From assembly GCF_032062105.1 (NCBI RefSeq), contig NW_026940631.1, positions 310,001 to 374,000 on the forward strand: 64,000 bases of DNA, read 5' to 3'. Below the pieces are notes generated by a model. The model saw only the letters and a list, made by a program, of their open reading frames with translations, was not told the DNA's origin and ran no database searches. Source of the stretch: Saccostrea cucullata. Its lineage: Eukaryota. Shown here in pieces: positions 1 to 13,300 of this stretch. The position numbers and the translations under genes were made by a program. Each line of letters opens with the position of its first letter. Position 1 is the first letter of the stretch.

Positions 1-823
1 AGTTCATCGTCCGGATGAACAGTGACTTTTCAGGTTGTATACATTTTGAACAGTGGAACGAACTCTGTTTAATATGACATGATCTAGTTATTTTTCACAA
101 AGATAAAGAAAATCAATTTAAAGGCTATGAAAACTGGTAGCATTAACCCACTACTATTCATTTTCTTCATCATAGGATAGGGAAGTTGCATGTGAAGTGA
201 TTTGTGTTCATGATGACAAAAATAGGCTAATCAGTATTATTTTCTAGAGTTCTTTACTATACTGTCATTATAAAAGGCAGTAATCAGTTCTGAAATCAAT
301 TCATCACGGGTGAACGTGACTAGCCTGTTTATATACCCATCGAGTGGGTCGGAATGCTTCCCCATGGTCCAAAGTCCAAGTTAAAACATGTTTTTAAAAA
401 TGTTGTTTACCTACTGACTAGACATATGCATTTCCCCCGTGAAATAGGCCAAGGGCACTGTATTGCTTTAACTATTGCAATAATTAATCATAATGACACG
501 CATACAAATATTATACTGTATATTAGTATATAGGTATATCGAAAACATAATTTTTTTTTAATAATTAACATCGAGTACTATCAAATGAGGGTTTTTGAAA
601 ATTTATACTCGAAGGACTAATAACCAATACAAATATTCAAGAAAGCGTTTTCTGACAACTGAGTTTCCCTTGATTAACGAGTTAAATCAGCTAAATATTT
701 CATACCATTCAATCATTGATTATCTAATAAAGTTGTGATGTTTTTTTTATCAATTAAAATAAAGTTGCTATTTCTAGACAAGCACCCCTCCCCCATGAGA
801 CTGTTGACAGCTCGTTTACTTAC

Positions 824-1025
824 CAGCACAATTTATTACATCCTTGTCAATACGATCAGAGCTTGTACAGAGTAGGGCGTTCACGCCTCGCACTCCGTTT
901 AAGAGCTCTCCCCTTGGAACCGGATCGGAACTCTCCCAGATGGTAATATCTGCCACTTTTAACAGTACATCCAGGCAACATTGGGGAACATCGGCTGTCA
1001 CGTAAATTTTAGACCGAGGCTTCAT
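824..1025 (-). CDS. GRHPR-like D-2-hydroxyacid dehydrogenase, paralog A, coding exon 1 only (gene continues below position 1)
   Basis: ATG at 1025: MKPRSKIYVTADVPQ...ELLNGVRGVNALLCTSSDRIDKDVINCAG, a typical GRHPR N-terminus. Ends at phase-1 donor G|gtaagt (823). Exon length 202 nt, identical to exon 1 of paralog B. Confidence 0.85.
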
Positions 1026-1084
1026 ACTGCTTCGTTCCGTGTTGTTCTGTTGTTGTGTGAAGCCAGCTGGGGAAGATCTGTTTG

Positions 1085-1113
1085 TATTTATGTTTAGCTT
1101 CCTTGTGACGTCA
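1085..1113 (-). promoter_or_regulatory. Putative core promoter of GRHPR paralog A: CRE palindrome TGACGTCA (1106-1113) and TATA-like CATAAATA (1092-1085)
   Basis: Perfect TGACGTCA ~80 bp upstream of the ATG, with a TATA-like box between it and the ATG. Motif match only. Confidence 0.35.
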
Positions 1114-2667
1114 GAGCGTTCTACTTGAGTACATTTTACTTATATCCGATTTGCTGTCGCATTTGTTTCGTATTCAAAAATAATAGCGCTCCGCTATCAA
1201 ATACATGGATTTGCATATTTAAATAGCTAGACAAGTGTATTAGTTCTCTAAGTGAGATTAATGTTCGTAATTATTCATAACGAAAAAATTAAATATAGCG
1301 TGCTTGGATGATGCAATGTCACTCTTGGAACACGGAATGGTATACCTTTGTCCACTCACGGGATGATGCAAGTTAATTTGGCATCGAGTGACCAAGTTTT
1401 TAAAATCAGACAATTCAAGTTTATAAAGTTACGTCCGCAAATGTAAATTATTATATACTTTTATATATTACTTTTTTCTTTTTCTTTTTTTTTTAATTCA
1501 ATTTTTGTTTATAAGGAAGTAAACTGCAATCCATTACCCTATAGTTCAGCAATAAGCACCAAGTGGAAACTTATACCAAAATTAAGGACCCAAACTACAA
1601 TCTTTAATTAACTTCTTTGAATGCTTTTAGAGCAATACAAGTAAACCCATGCGATTAGTCGAGACTAAAAATTGACGCGCCATTATTTTAAAAATGTTAC
1701 TTCAAATACTTTCTCCCTCTGTAATTATACTTTTAACTAATAAATCACTTGAGTGCTGTATATGTAGAGGATGAATGATTTTGTATCCTTTTGTTCAATT
1801 TGTTATCAAATTCCTGTAGATTTGCCTGTTCATTAATTATAGTACACATAGTACATTTGTAAAATGCATTGATTCAGCTGTAAACAGTAGTACCTGTACA
1901 TGATACATCTATTCCATCCGATGAGTAACTCATAAGGCGCCATCCTTGTTGTTTTACTAAGCATGAGTTATTAATACATGTAATTTAATTGTCTACGCCA
2001 TCCTCATAGGTTATGATATACGTACATGTATACATACATGTATATAAATATTTATATTGTTACGAGATAAACAAAAGTTAAACGAAATACTAGTGTTAGT
2101 ATTAAGTTAAAAGGGAACACTTCCTTCTTCGGAGAAGAAAAGTTGATTGCGTATATTTCATTATTTATAGTGATTACGATACATATAACGGACGGTTATC
2201 AATCTAAAAAAATAAAGTAAAATAAAAAAAATATATATTAAATTTACAATTGAAATATATGTACAGGAAATTCAAAAGGCGAGATCAAGGAGAAGGACTA
2301 CAAAGAACAGACGTAAGTCCAAATTTCAAACAAATACATTAGAAGCACAAATTTTCGTCGGGATAAAATTTCGTTGATTTGTCAAAAAAAAAAAATAGTT
2401 TCATGGGCATTTTATTTCGTTGTTTTGAAAGTATCTTAGCATCGAAGTCAGTGTCGAATGCTGCCTTGATTTATAGATACTGAATGCTTGAAAAGCAGGT
2501 TTCATATTTTGGCGACTTTGGTGTGGACAACAATGCGCTAATTCATGGATACTATTAAAAATCATTTAAAAATAATTAAAATATAATATACAGTACGGAC
2601 ATGTGCATGATTACGCCAACCACATCGAGTTGAAGACCAAAGCAAATGTTTTCTTTTTCTCATTTAG

Positions 2668-3740
2668 TTAAGGAATGACTCTAATTCTTGGCCATATTAT
2701 CGAGTATAATCTGGTTTGGGTCAGTTTACGCTTTATAATCCGCGAAGCTGACCCAAACCAGATTATACTCGATAATATGGCCAAGAATTAAAGTCATTCC
2801 TTATAATTTAATTTTGAAATAATTAAACAACTTTTGATGTAAAATTGTGTTGCTTTTTATAAGTTCAAATTTACCGCGCAATAATACAACCGTAGTAACG
2901 GAAGTGATTTGAAGCGAGGGGAGGTAATGACTGATACATAGATCTAGCAGCCATGATGTTTGTTTACATGAGGTAAGAACGAGTTATTGATTAAAGTTGA
3001 AGGTACATTTATTAAATCTGGAATTTTCCATGGATTCCGAGGACTGGAAATGAGGGGATTGCATGGATATGATGATTAAGCTGGTCGTCAAGGGGGTGTG
3101 TCCCCATACCAAACCAGATTATACAAAATGTTATGCGTTCCTTTTTGGAAATCAACCAATGAGAGGCGAGAATACAAATAAAATTAAATTATTTAAGGAA
3201 TGACTCTAATTCTTGGCCATATTATCGAGTATAATCTGGTTTGGGTCAGTTTACGCTTTATAATCCGCGAAGCGGATTATAAAAAAGCGTAAACTGACCC
3301 AAACCAGATTATACTCGATAATATGGCCAAGAATTAGAGTCATTCCTTATGATTTAATTTTAAAATAATTAAACAACTTTGGATGTAAAATTGTGTTGCT
3401 TTTTACGAGTTCAAATTTACTGCGCAATAATACAACCGTATTAACGGAAGTGATGTGAAGCGAGGGGAGGTAATAACTGATACATGGATCTAGCAGCCAT
3501 GATGTGTGTTTACATGAGGTAAGATCGAGTAAGTGTTTGAATTTAAAGATAAGAGTTATTAAATCTTGAATTTTCCATGGATTCCGAGGACTGGAAATGA
3601 GGGGATTGCATGGATATGATGATTAAGCTGGTCGTCAAGGGGGTGTGTCCCCATACCAAACCAGATTATACAAAATGTTATGCGTTCCTTTTTGGAAATC
3701 AACCAATGAGAGGCGAGAATATAAACAAAATTAAATTATT
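2668..3740. mobile_element. Head-to-tail dimer of a ~525-550 bp non-autonomous hairpin element (possibly Crypton-like)
   Basis: Copies start TTAAGGAATGAC at 2668 and 3193. Copy 2 has a near-perfect palindrome (3194-3349) centred on CCGCGAAGCGG; copy 1 has a deletion next to the loop. A short IR (ATAATTTAATTTT / AAAATTAAATTAT) links the hairpin foot to the far end. Confidence 0.75.
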
Positions 3741-4375
3741 TTTGAATGATTTCTGTTTCACCTGAATACCAAAAAATCGGTAAATAAAGGAGCACAATTA
3801 GTGCCTATCATATTTCCAACAGATTGATGGAAGAGACTAAAATATAAATTATGACCACTGACCAAGTAGTACCCCCCCCCTGTAATCAGTCTCAAATTAT
3901 TTTATTTGAAGCATCAAACTGAATTTCAACAAGCTGATTTTGTGGATGAACAATCACAAGACATGGACATTTCCGAGTTGTCTTTTTATTGAAGAAGCAG
4001 TTGTCTGTTATTCAAAGTCTAAATTGCAATCTATCACAAGGAATCAGAATGGTTGTATAAAATGAAGAAAAGTCAAAACGTTTTAAGAACATAAAGAGTA
4101 CATTATAAAATCGCACTCATCAAACACCCGTTTATCTTGAGTGAAACGTATAAAACAAGTAAAAAGTTTATTTTACAGTTCATTTTCCTGAAACTCCCTC
4201 TATATAGAGAAAAATGTAAAATTATAAATAAATGCGCATTCCTTTAATATGATAAATATATATATATATGATACGGTGTGCAAGAAATCAGCTACATGTA
4301 TATGTTTTCAAATAAATTTTAAAATAAAGCTATATGTATCTAAAATAGTTTGACATATTCGCTTAACCAAATAAG

Positions 4376-7300
4376 TTAATTCCATCTTTGAAGCACCTCC
4401 CCTTTAGGGTGGCCGTTGTTTAGTACAGTTATGATATTTTCTGCCGCTATTTCTGCCATGCGATTTCTGGACTCCCACGTATTACTTCCCATGTGCGGAA
4501 GAATGACACAGTTATTCAACGTGAGTAACGGGTGATCAGCCGGAAGAGGTTCTGGATCAGTGACGTCAAGTCCCGCAGCAGCGATTTGATTGGAAGTGAG
4601 AGCATCAAAGAGATCGGGGTGGTTAATAACACCCCCTCTCCCTGTATTGATGAGAATAGCAGAATTTTTCATTTTTTGGAACGTATCTTTGTTAAATAAG
4701 TGTTTCGTTTGAGGATTAAGATTGCAACAAATACACAAAATGTCGGATTCTTTGGCTAAATCTTCAAATTCCACATACTCTCCTCCGAAGTCAGAGTCGT
4801 AGCTCAGTTTCTGTACATCGTGGTAAACAATTCTTCCCACACCGAACGGTTTCAATCTTTTGGCCACCCCGTAACCTATACGTCCCAGACCCATTATACC
4901 CAGGGTCCTCTTCTTCATCTCCACCCCACATAACCACATGGGCTTCCACTTCCCCCATTGACCATTCTTCACTGCATAAGCACCTGAAAAATACATGCAA
5001 TGTGAAAAATTTAATTACTGTTTTTATGCCCCTGTTATTGAAGATTCGGGGATATATTATAGTTTGTGCCCTGTCCGTCAATCTTTCTCTCTGTTTGTCC
5101 GCAAAAATTTTTACCTTTCCAGAACTTTTGAGTTGGTGGGTATATGGCTTTGACATTTCACAGGTGTATTTCATCTGAAAAGATATGTCTTTGGGTACCA
5201 CCTAATTTGACCTCGTGACCTTTAATTTTTATTTTTGACGTTTGCCATACCTTTGCATGGTTGGTGCCAACGCTTTCATAATGCACATGTGTATTCACTG
5301 TGACAAGACCTCTCAAAGTACAGTATAAGCAGAATTTTTAGCGAGGATTTAATTTTGGCATTATTAGGGAGGGTGTCAAGATATAAAGCTAAAATTAAAT
5401 ATCGCTAAATACTAATTTCGTTTTATTTGTAATAGCTTCTTTGGTGAGCTTTTCAAAATCGCTGAAATTACATCTCGCTAAAAATAAAATACCATTTTTT
5501 AAAGGACAAATCGCTAAATTTGCGTCTCGCTAAAATTTCCACTTATATGGTATTAAAAAGTACACGTATTTGACCTTTTGACATTGAACAGAGATTGACC
5601 CACTTTTAAAAATTTAACCTTGACTATAACTTTTGAACCAATAGAACCAGGGCTTTCATATTCCTTTTGACCTTGACCTTGGGGTTTGACTTTGCAATAG
5701 AGAAATTTCAACTCTTACCATAAGCTGTCATACGGGGGCACCAGTGTTTCACAAACACATCTTGCTTTTTTGGCCAATACAAAGAACTAACAGAGAGCCC
5801 ATCTGATCATTAAGCTAGAACACGTAAACGCACTCGAAAAATTCAAGTACATGTATAGTTTGCCCATGTATAAGAAAAAAGCTACATGTAGATACATGTT
5901 ATAGAATAGTAATGTAATACAATACGAACATTTTAAACTTCTGTTTCGCCATTCTTTGAACATCCTTACCATATCCTCAAGAAAATCATCTCCCATTAAA
6001 GGCATTTCTCTAAAAAAAAAAAAAAACTTGCCTTCTAGAAGTCGTCTGGCAGTGAGGAGGACCAGCGCCACCGTCAGTTCCGCCACGCTGTCGGAGGACA
6101 CGTTAGGGGTATTGGTCACTGCTACACCCTTCTCCCGGCAAGCTTTCAGGTCAATGTGCTCATACCCAACAGACATCGTGGACACCACTTGCAATTTGGG
6201 ACCTGTTTCAGAAAGTCTAAAAATCTTAAAGCGAAGTGATTCCCCACTCTTATAATAGTTATTCTTTACTCGAATGCCTTTTATGTTTCGGAATTATTTG
6301 CATTTTTATGCCCCGTAATCGAAGACTCGGGGATATAAAGTTTTTGCCCTGTCTGTCTGTCTGTTAATCTGTTTGTCTATTGTGAAAATACTTTTCTTTG
6401 GATACCGTCAAATCTGACATAGGAGTTTGAACTACGTTTACTAAAAAATAATACCACTCTTTAACCTTGGTCATAATTTTTTAACAGTTGGTGCTAGTGC
6501 TTTCATACTTCACGCGTTTATTTATTGTGACAAGATCTTTCAGTGGATATAAATATTTTTGACCTTGACCCTAAAGTCTGACACACTTTTAAAAAACTTT
6601 AACTTACACCCATAACTTTTGAACTATGGCTTTTACATTTCACAGGTGTGTTCTATGTGCCAAGACCTTCCTTGGCATAGCAACAATTTTGACCTTGACC
6701 TCTTGAGTTTGACTTGCATCAGAGAAACTTCAACCCTCACTATTAGTTATGCTACACGGAGGTATCAGTGTTTCACAAACACATCTTGTTTCATCATAAA
6801 TAAGTATATCAATTTTGATTTAAACTTTCACTTGAGGATAAAATTAAATTCACTGCGAAATTTAAAGGCATTCTCTTTGAGAGAAATCAACAGTAAATAA
6901 AAAAGAAATGTAATCAAAATTATAAAGTTATTTAATAATAGTATTTTACATTACCTCAACGAGGTATTTAACGAGTAATTTAAATGTAAAATTCGGTCCA
7001 CGACTTAGTGATTAATTTTTGTCTCCCGCTTTCGCGAAAATGAGGGGACATTAAATCTCATTCGTCTAGACATCGGTCTATAGGTCAGTCAGTCTGTCAC
7101 GAAAACTTGAACCTTGGTCATATCTTTTGATCAAAAGTACAGCAAAACTCGTTTAGTACGAACATGGATATTGCGAATTCACGGATATAGCGAAGGTATC
7201 TTGGATCCCCAGCTGTTTAAATTCAACGAATTTCTTAAACGGGTATAACTAATTACGGATATAGCGAAGTAATTTTATAGGTCCCAATGACTTCGTTATA

Positions 7301-10300
7301 GCTGATGTTTTACCAAAGAAGATGGGGGGATAAGGCGGGCAGAATGCCTATAGCTCGACAGATAAGAAGTGAAAAATTTAATCTCAATTAATTTATATCC
7401 AAATTTTATTTTATATTTCATCTAATATCAAAGTATACCTAATGTAACATCTCTATAATTTACAAAAATCTCACAAAGACTGAAAATATTTGCCTATAAA
7501 AAAGCATACACAGACTTAAAAGTACAAAAACAATCATTTTTTCATACTTTAGCAAAATTTTCCAATATGAGTTGGTCTTCGCTCCATTTTTTTTTTGAAA
7601 GATAATCCTAAAAGTTTGCGATAAAATAAATATTTTTTGGTTTACAAAAAAATGGAGCGAAGACCCACTATACCTTAAAAGTACACTTTTATGACAAAAC
7701 ATTCGCATCTTTCCGAGAAATACTTCGTCCATTAAGTCAAGGGTCATATCACAAACATAATTTAAATGCCCTGATTGATCATGAGCCATGTAGCATAATG
7801 GTTAGCGCGTTAGTCTCAAAGCAGTGTGATAATTCGGTATTTTATTGCTGGGGTTCGAATCCCACGTATACCATTAGTCCCCTACCTGTGAAACCGGAGG
7901 GGACTATAGGTTTCCTCTGCGTCTGTCCGTCTGTCTGTCTGTCTGTCTGTCTAGCTGTCTGTCTGTCCCCGTCTGTCTGTCAGTCTGTCCCACATGGTTT
8001 TTCGCACTTTTTTTTCTAAATGCTGGCAGATATTGAGCTGATTTATGGTACGTCGATGTATCTTGATGTGTTACAGATCAAGTTTGAATATCGTTCCGAT
8101 TCAATGATTTTTTACGGAATTACGGCCTTTTCAATTTTTCAGGGTTTTCCGCACTTTTCTCCTAAACGCTTGCAGATATTGAGCTGGTTTTTAGTATGAG
8201 ACTTTACCTTAATTAGTTATAGATCAAGTTTGCATTTCGTTCTGCTTAATTGATTTTTGAAAGAATTATGGTATTTTTATTTTTTAAAATTTTATAATTT
8301 GGTTAAATATAGGGTTCGTGATGCACTATATTTATGTCGTGATGCACTCAATTTATGTTCTAAACGAGATTGTCATGAATTGAAACTTGCTGGATAGCTT
8401 TTATAAATTAATTAGTTATAGGGCCGCACCAATTTAATTTCTTGTTCGTCGGACATTTGAGGAAAAAAAGTACGAGCGGGCTAGCAGTTAAATAATAATA
8501 TTATTACTTTTTTGAAGACAATTTTTTAGGCGGAGCGTGAAAAAAATTTGAACGGACAATTATTTTTTTCTGATTTGCAGATTAAAAATACGATAGATAC
8601 AGCGGAAATTGAACAGAAAATGGCACAAAATTCTAATGGTGCGGGAAATTTAAATTAATATTATTTTTATAGTTCTGTTTAAATACGAGCGCGCGGGTCC
8701 GACGAACAAGAAATTTTATTGGTGTGGCCTAGATCAAGTTTGCATTTCGTTCTACTTCATTGATTTCTGAAGAAATTGTGTTTTGTCACAATAGGGTTCG
8801 TGATGCACTAAATTAATGTCGTGATGCACTACTGGATTAATGTTCTAAACGAGATTATCATGATTTGAAACTTGCTGGATACCTATATAGTGACAAATAT
8901 AGATCAAGTTTGATTTTCTCTGGTATAAAATTGTTGTTCAACCATGTAAAATAAGCTGTTCTGATCAAGGCATTTGTGTGTGTCAAATGGCATTCAAAGA
9001 CGTCACGAGTCTTTCTTTGTAAGGCAGATCCAATACATTTTGAACATTCATATTCAAGTAATAACTGAAATGTCCATATCTAAGTAACAATTTTCCTTAC
9101 ACAGGCTCTAATAAAATGACACCCCAAAGAGAAAAGGGGAACCCGGTAGGGGACATGTATTGCTTATGTAATACTCTCAGAATGCTTGTTTATTAATGAA
9201 ATTTTTTAGAGATTTATTTTCTCTTAGAAAAGGTTTTCTTTCTCATAATGTCATAAATTTCAATAATGAGAGGAAAATTTAAATACTCAATTTACTTATC
9301 AAATGTGATTTCTTAATATCTGACGCTATAGGCATTCTGCCCGCCTTATCCCCCTATCTTCTTTTCAAAAAATTAACTTTGGTGATTACTTTTGAATGAC
9401 ATATGATATGGCGTTCATATCTGACACAATACACCATAAATAATGACATCTCGCCCACGGAGACACCGAAAGCGGATCCCCAATTCTTTATATTTCTTAA
9501 AAGTTGAAATAGAATGAAACGGAACCGACGCGTATTAAAATTGTCATTTATCAACCGGCAATGCAATAAATAATAAAATGCACATTGTTTTTTCTGGTGA
9601 CCGCCCAGTATTCCGACGGTCCGATAGTCCGACAACCCAGTATTTTGGCCGATAATCCGACAGCTTCAAACCAAATTTTGGCCGACAGCCCAAAAGTCCG
9701 ACGGCCGATGGCCGACAGCCCAGTAGTCCGACGGTCCGATAATCCGACTGCCCGGTAATTTGCAGTCACATGTAAATAATTTCTACAGCAGAAAATTTGA
9801 ACAAAGACCGCCTTTCTGTGAATTTTTTTGTTTTAACTTTCACACAGAAAATTTTATGATCGGGTAAATAACATATTTCTGTTGAAAATGTATTGAAAAT
9901 CATAAAATAATATAAAACAAGTTTATTTTTAAATGAAGATTTTCTAATCAGTTGCAATGCTGAAGAGTATAACAAAGCTATTTATAGCATATCCATAACA
10001 AAGAAACATATTAAACTTAGTTGATATAGTTAACTATAGTGATAACTTTTTTTTTTTGAAAAATTTGAGGAAAACTTTGACATTTTTAAAACTTGATCAA
10101 AAATTTAGACTTTACAAAAATTTAACGTTTTCGAAAACACAAAGAAAAACTTTATCGAAAACTTTGTATTAAAAACGTTTTCGAAAGCCCAGATAAAAAA
10201 ACTTTTCGAAAATTTGCTATTTTAAAAACTTTTCGAAAATTTTTTTTTTGAAAAACTTCATTGAAAACTTTGGCAAAAACTTTTTTTGAAAAACTTTGCG

Positions 10301-13300
10301 AAAATTTGACACTTTGATTTACTAAAGTTATTTAAGTAAACTGATATATTAAGTAATTAGCCACATTTTATATGATAGGGTTCTAATGGTCTGGTTCATA
10401 GGATGCGATTGTTTTACAGCACAAATGTTAATAAACTATCATCAAACTCAACTTTTGTTTGATAATTGTATGTAGTGAAAGTTGTAACAGGAAATTCTTT
10501 ACAAATCATGGGTGGCTTAACAGCCTGTGCACATAAACATTTCATTTGTTGTTTTAACATCAACCAACTCCCAGAAAGTTGGAACTCTTCAATTTTGAAA
10601 AATTTTTTATTTTGATATCCAATTAAATTTTTTGACGCTCAGTTAAAAGAAGTTTATTTAAAACAATAAATGTTATTTAATTTAAATAATAACTGTTCTG
10701 ATATTAAAGTAAATTTTTAACAGCAAAATCAAATCAGTATTTAAGCTGTATAAAGTTTTATCTCTGTTTTTGCATTGATATATGCATACGTATATATTTA
10801 TATAAAAATTCTTTGGTGCCTGTATCCATATATCACATTAAAGATGATGCAGGCATAACAGTAACACAACACTCTATTTAGTTTGTAACAGGTGATGATT
10901 AATCACTTAACAAGTGGGAATTTTTCAGAGCTATTAATGACATTTAACATGAATTATTACTAGAGATTTTTTTTTCAATATGCACAATTTGGAAAACACA
11001 AAATAAATTCTGATATTTTTTTCTATATAATTAAGCAAGAGTGTCGGTAGTGTGTGAAATACCGCGGTCATCAAAACATTAAATGAAATAAGTGAACACT
11101 GATCGATTGATAATCAATAAAATAAAGCATATTGGTGGTAGTACATGATTATTTTTAATGTTCACATTTACATATCAATGGAAATCTTTGAAAAAATGAA
11201 ACTAATTTTTAAAAAATCAATCAAATCAATCAAATTCTGAAAAAGAAATTATTTTTGAGTGAGGTCAAAATTGAGGCCAAAAATTTTTACAGAGGCCAAA
11301 TTTGAGGCCAGGCAAATTTTGAGGCCAGGCCAAAATTTGGTTAAGGACAAGCCAAATTAGAGGCCAAAATAGAGGCCAGGCCAACTTAGAGGCCAGGCCA
11401 GGCCAAAGGGGCCAGGCCAGGTTTTAGAGTATGCCTTAAAATTGTCATTTATCAACCGGCAATGCAATAAATAATAAAATGCACATTGTTTTTTATAGGT
11501 AGCACTAGTGAGAGGTTTGTTTGATGGGAATTCTAGAAGGCATACTCTAAAACCTGGCCTTCATTTAGTGGAACTCTTGGCCTGGCCTGGCAAAAAAGTT
11601 CAAACCACGGCCTGGCCTCTATTTTGGCCTCTTATTTGGCTTCAAACCAAATTTTGGCCTGGCCTCAAAAGTTGGCCTGGCCTCATATTTGTTAAACCTC
11701 ATAATAAAAATTAATGACACAACGATATTGTTATCCTCAGTCAAAAATAATTTCTTTTTCAGAATTTGATTGATTTTATTGATTTTTTATTGGTTTCATT
11801 TTTTCAAACACACAGCAGGTAAATAATATATTTCTGTTGATATGTAGATGTGAATATTAAAATAATGATACACTACCACCAATATGATTTATTTTATTGA
11901 TTTTCTATTGATCAGTTGCAATTCTTAAGACTTTCCATAGTAGGATTGAGGATTTTATAAAGTAAAACATTTAGAAACATCAATCTAAATCATCAAGAAA
12001 ACAAATAAATGCAGATGGGTAGTAATTACCTAAGACCTAAAAAGAATTTTAAATTTGCTATTTCAAGTATCACTTGTTACATGTTTTATATACTCTTTAT
12101 TCAGAATAAAAAAATCTTCTTGATAATGTGGACTACTCTTACAAACTGTTAGAAAAAGTGTCAATACTATGATATGCAAGTAATTGGCCACATTTTATAT
12201 AATAGGGTTCTAATGGTCTGGTTGATAGGATGCAAATGTTTTTCATCACAATGTTAATAAACTATCATCAAACTCAACTTTTGTTTTGATAATTGTAGAT
12301 AGTGAAACTTGTAGTAGGAAATTCTTTACAAATAATGGATGGCTTAACAGCCTATGCACATATATATTTCATTGCTGATTAACTTCAACCTTATCTCCTG
12401 TCGAGAGCCATGCTGCAGAATTTTTTGTCATTAGATATCCAATTACAGTGTTTCCGCACAGGAACAGAAAGTTATAAATTATCTGATAATGTCATTTATA
12501 TTACTTTTTTTTAAATACAAACTGTGACAAGATTAAGTACATGTGAGTTTTTAACAGAGTAATCAAATCAGTATAATATAAATATTTTGGTATCTGCATA
12601 GGTATAAGGTAGTTTATATATCTTTATTTAAAAATTCTTTGGTGCCTCTATTCAAATATCTCATTTAAGATGATGCAGGCATAACAATAACACAATTAAC
12701 ACTCTACAGTGTGTGAAGGCTGTATTTTCAAAGCTATTAATGACATTTGACATATATAAGATTTTTTCAATGTGCACAATTTGGAATCTGATACTTTTTT
12801 TTATAATAATTAAGCAAGAGTTTTGTCGGTAATGTCAAAAGATACCTGTCATCAAATCATAAAATAAAATAAGTGTACACCGATTGATTGATAATCAATA
12901 AAATAAATCATATTGGTGGTAGTACATGATTATTTTCAATGTTAACATTTACATATCAACAGAAATATGTTATTTATCTGCTTTGTTTTTTTAAAAACTA
13001 AAACTAATTTTAAAAAATTAATAAAATCAATTCTGAAAAGAAATAATTTAGATTGATGTTTCTAAATGTTTTACCGGTATTTTGCAAAATCCTTAATCCT
13101 ACTAAGGAATGTCTTAAGAATTGCAACTGATCAATAGAAAATCAATAAAATATATCATATTGGTGGTAGTGTATTGTTATTTTAATATTAACTTCTACAT
13201 ATCAACAGAAATATATTATTTACCTGCTTAATCTTTGAAAAAATGAAACCAATAAAAAATCAATAAAATCAATCAAATTCTGAAAAAGAAATTATTTTTG

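Larger units (their letters stand above)
7315..9364. mobile_element. Non-autonomous DNA transposon with 40-bp TIRs carrying nested insertions
   Basis: AAAGAAGATGGGGGGATAAGGCGGGCAGAATGCCTATAGC (7315-7354) is inverted at 9325-9364 with one mismatch. Confidence 0.8.

Noticed and set aside
7783-7873. Functional tRNA gene
   Set aside because: Acceptor and anticodon stems do not pair, and it lies inside a transposon.
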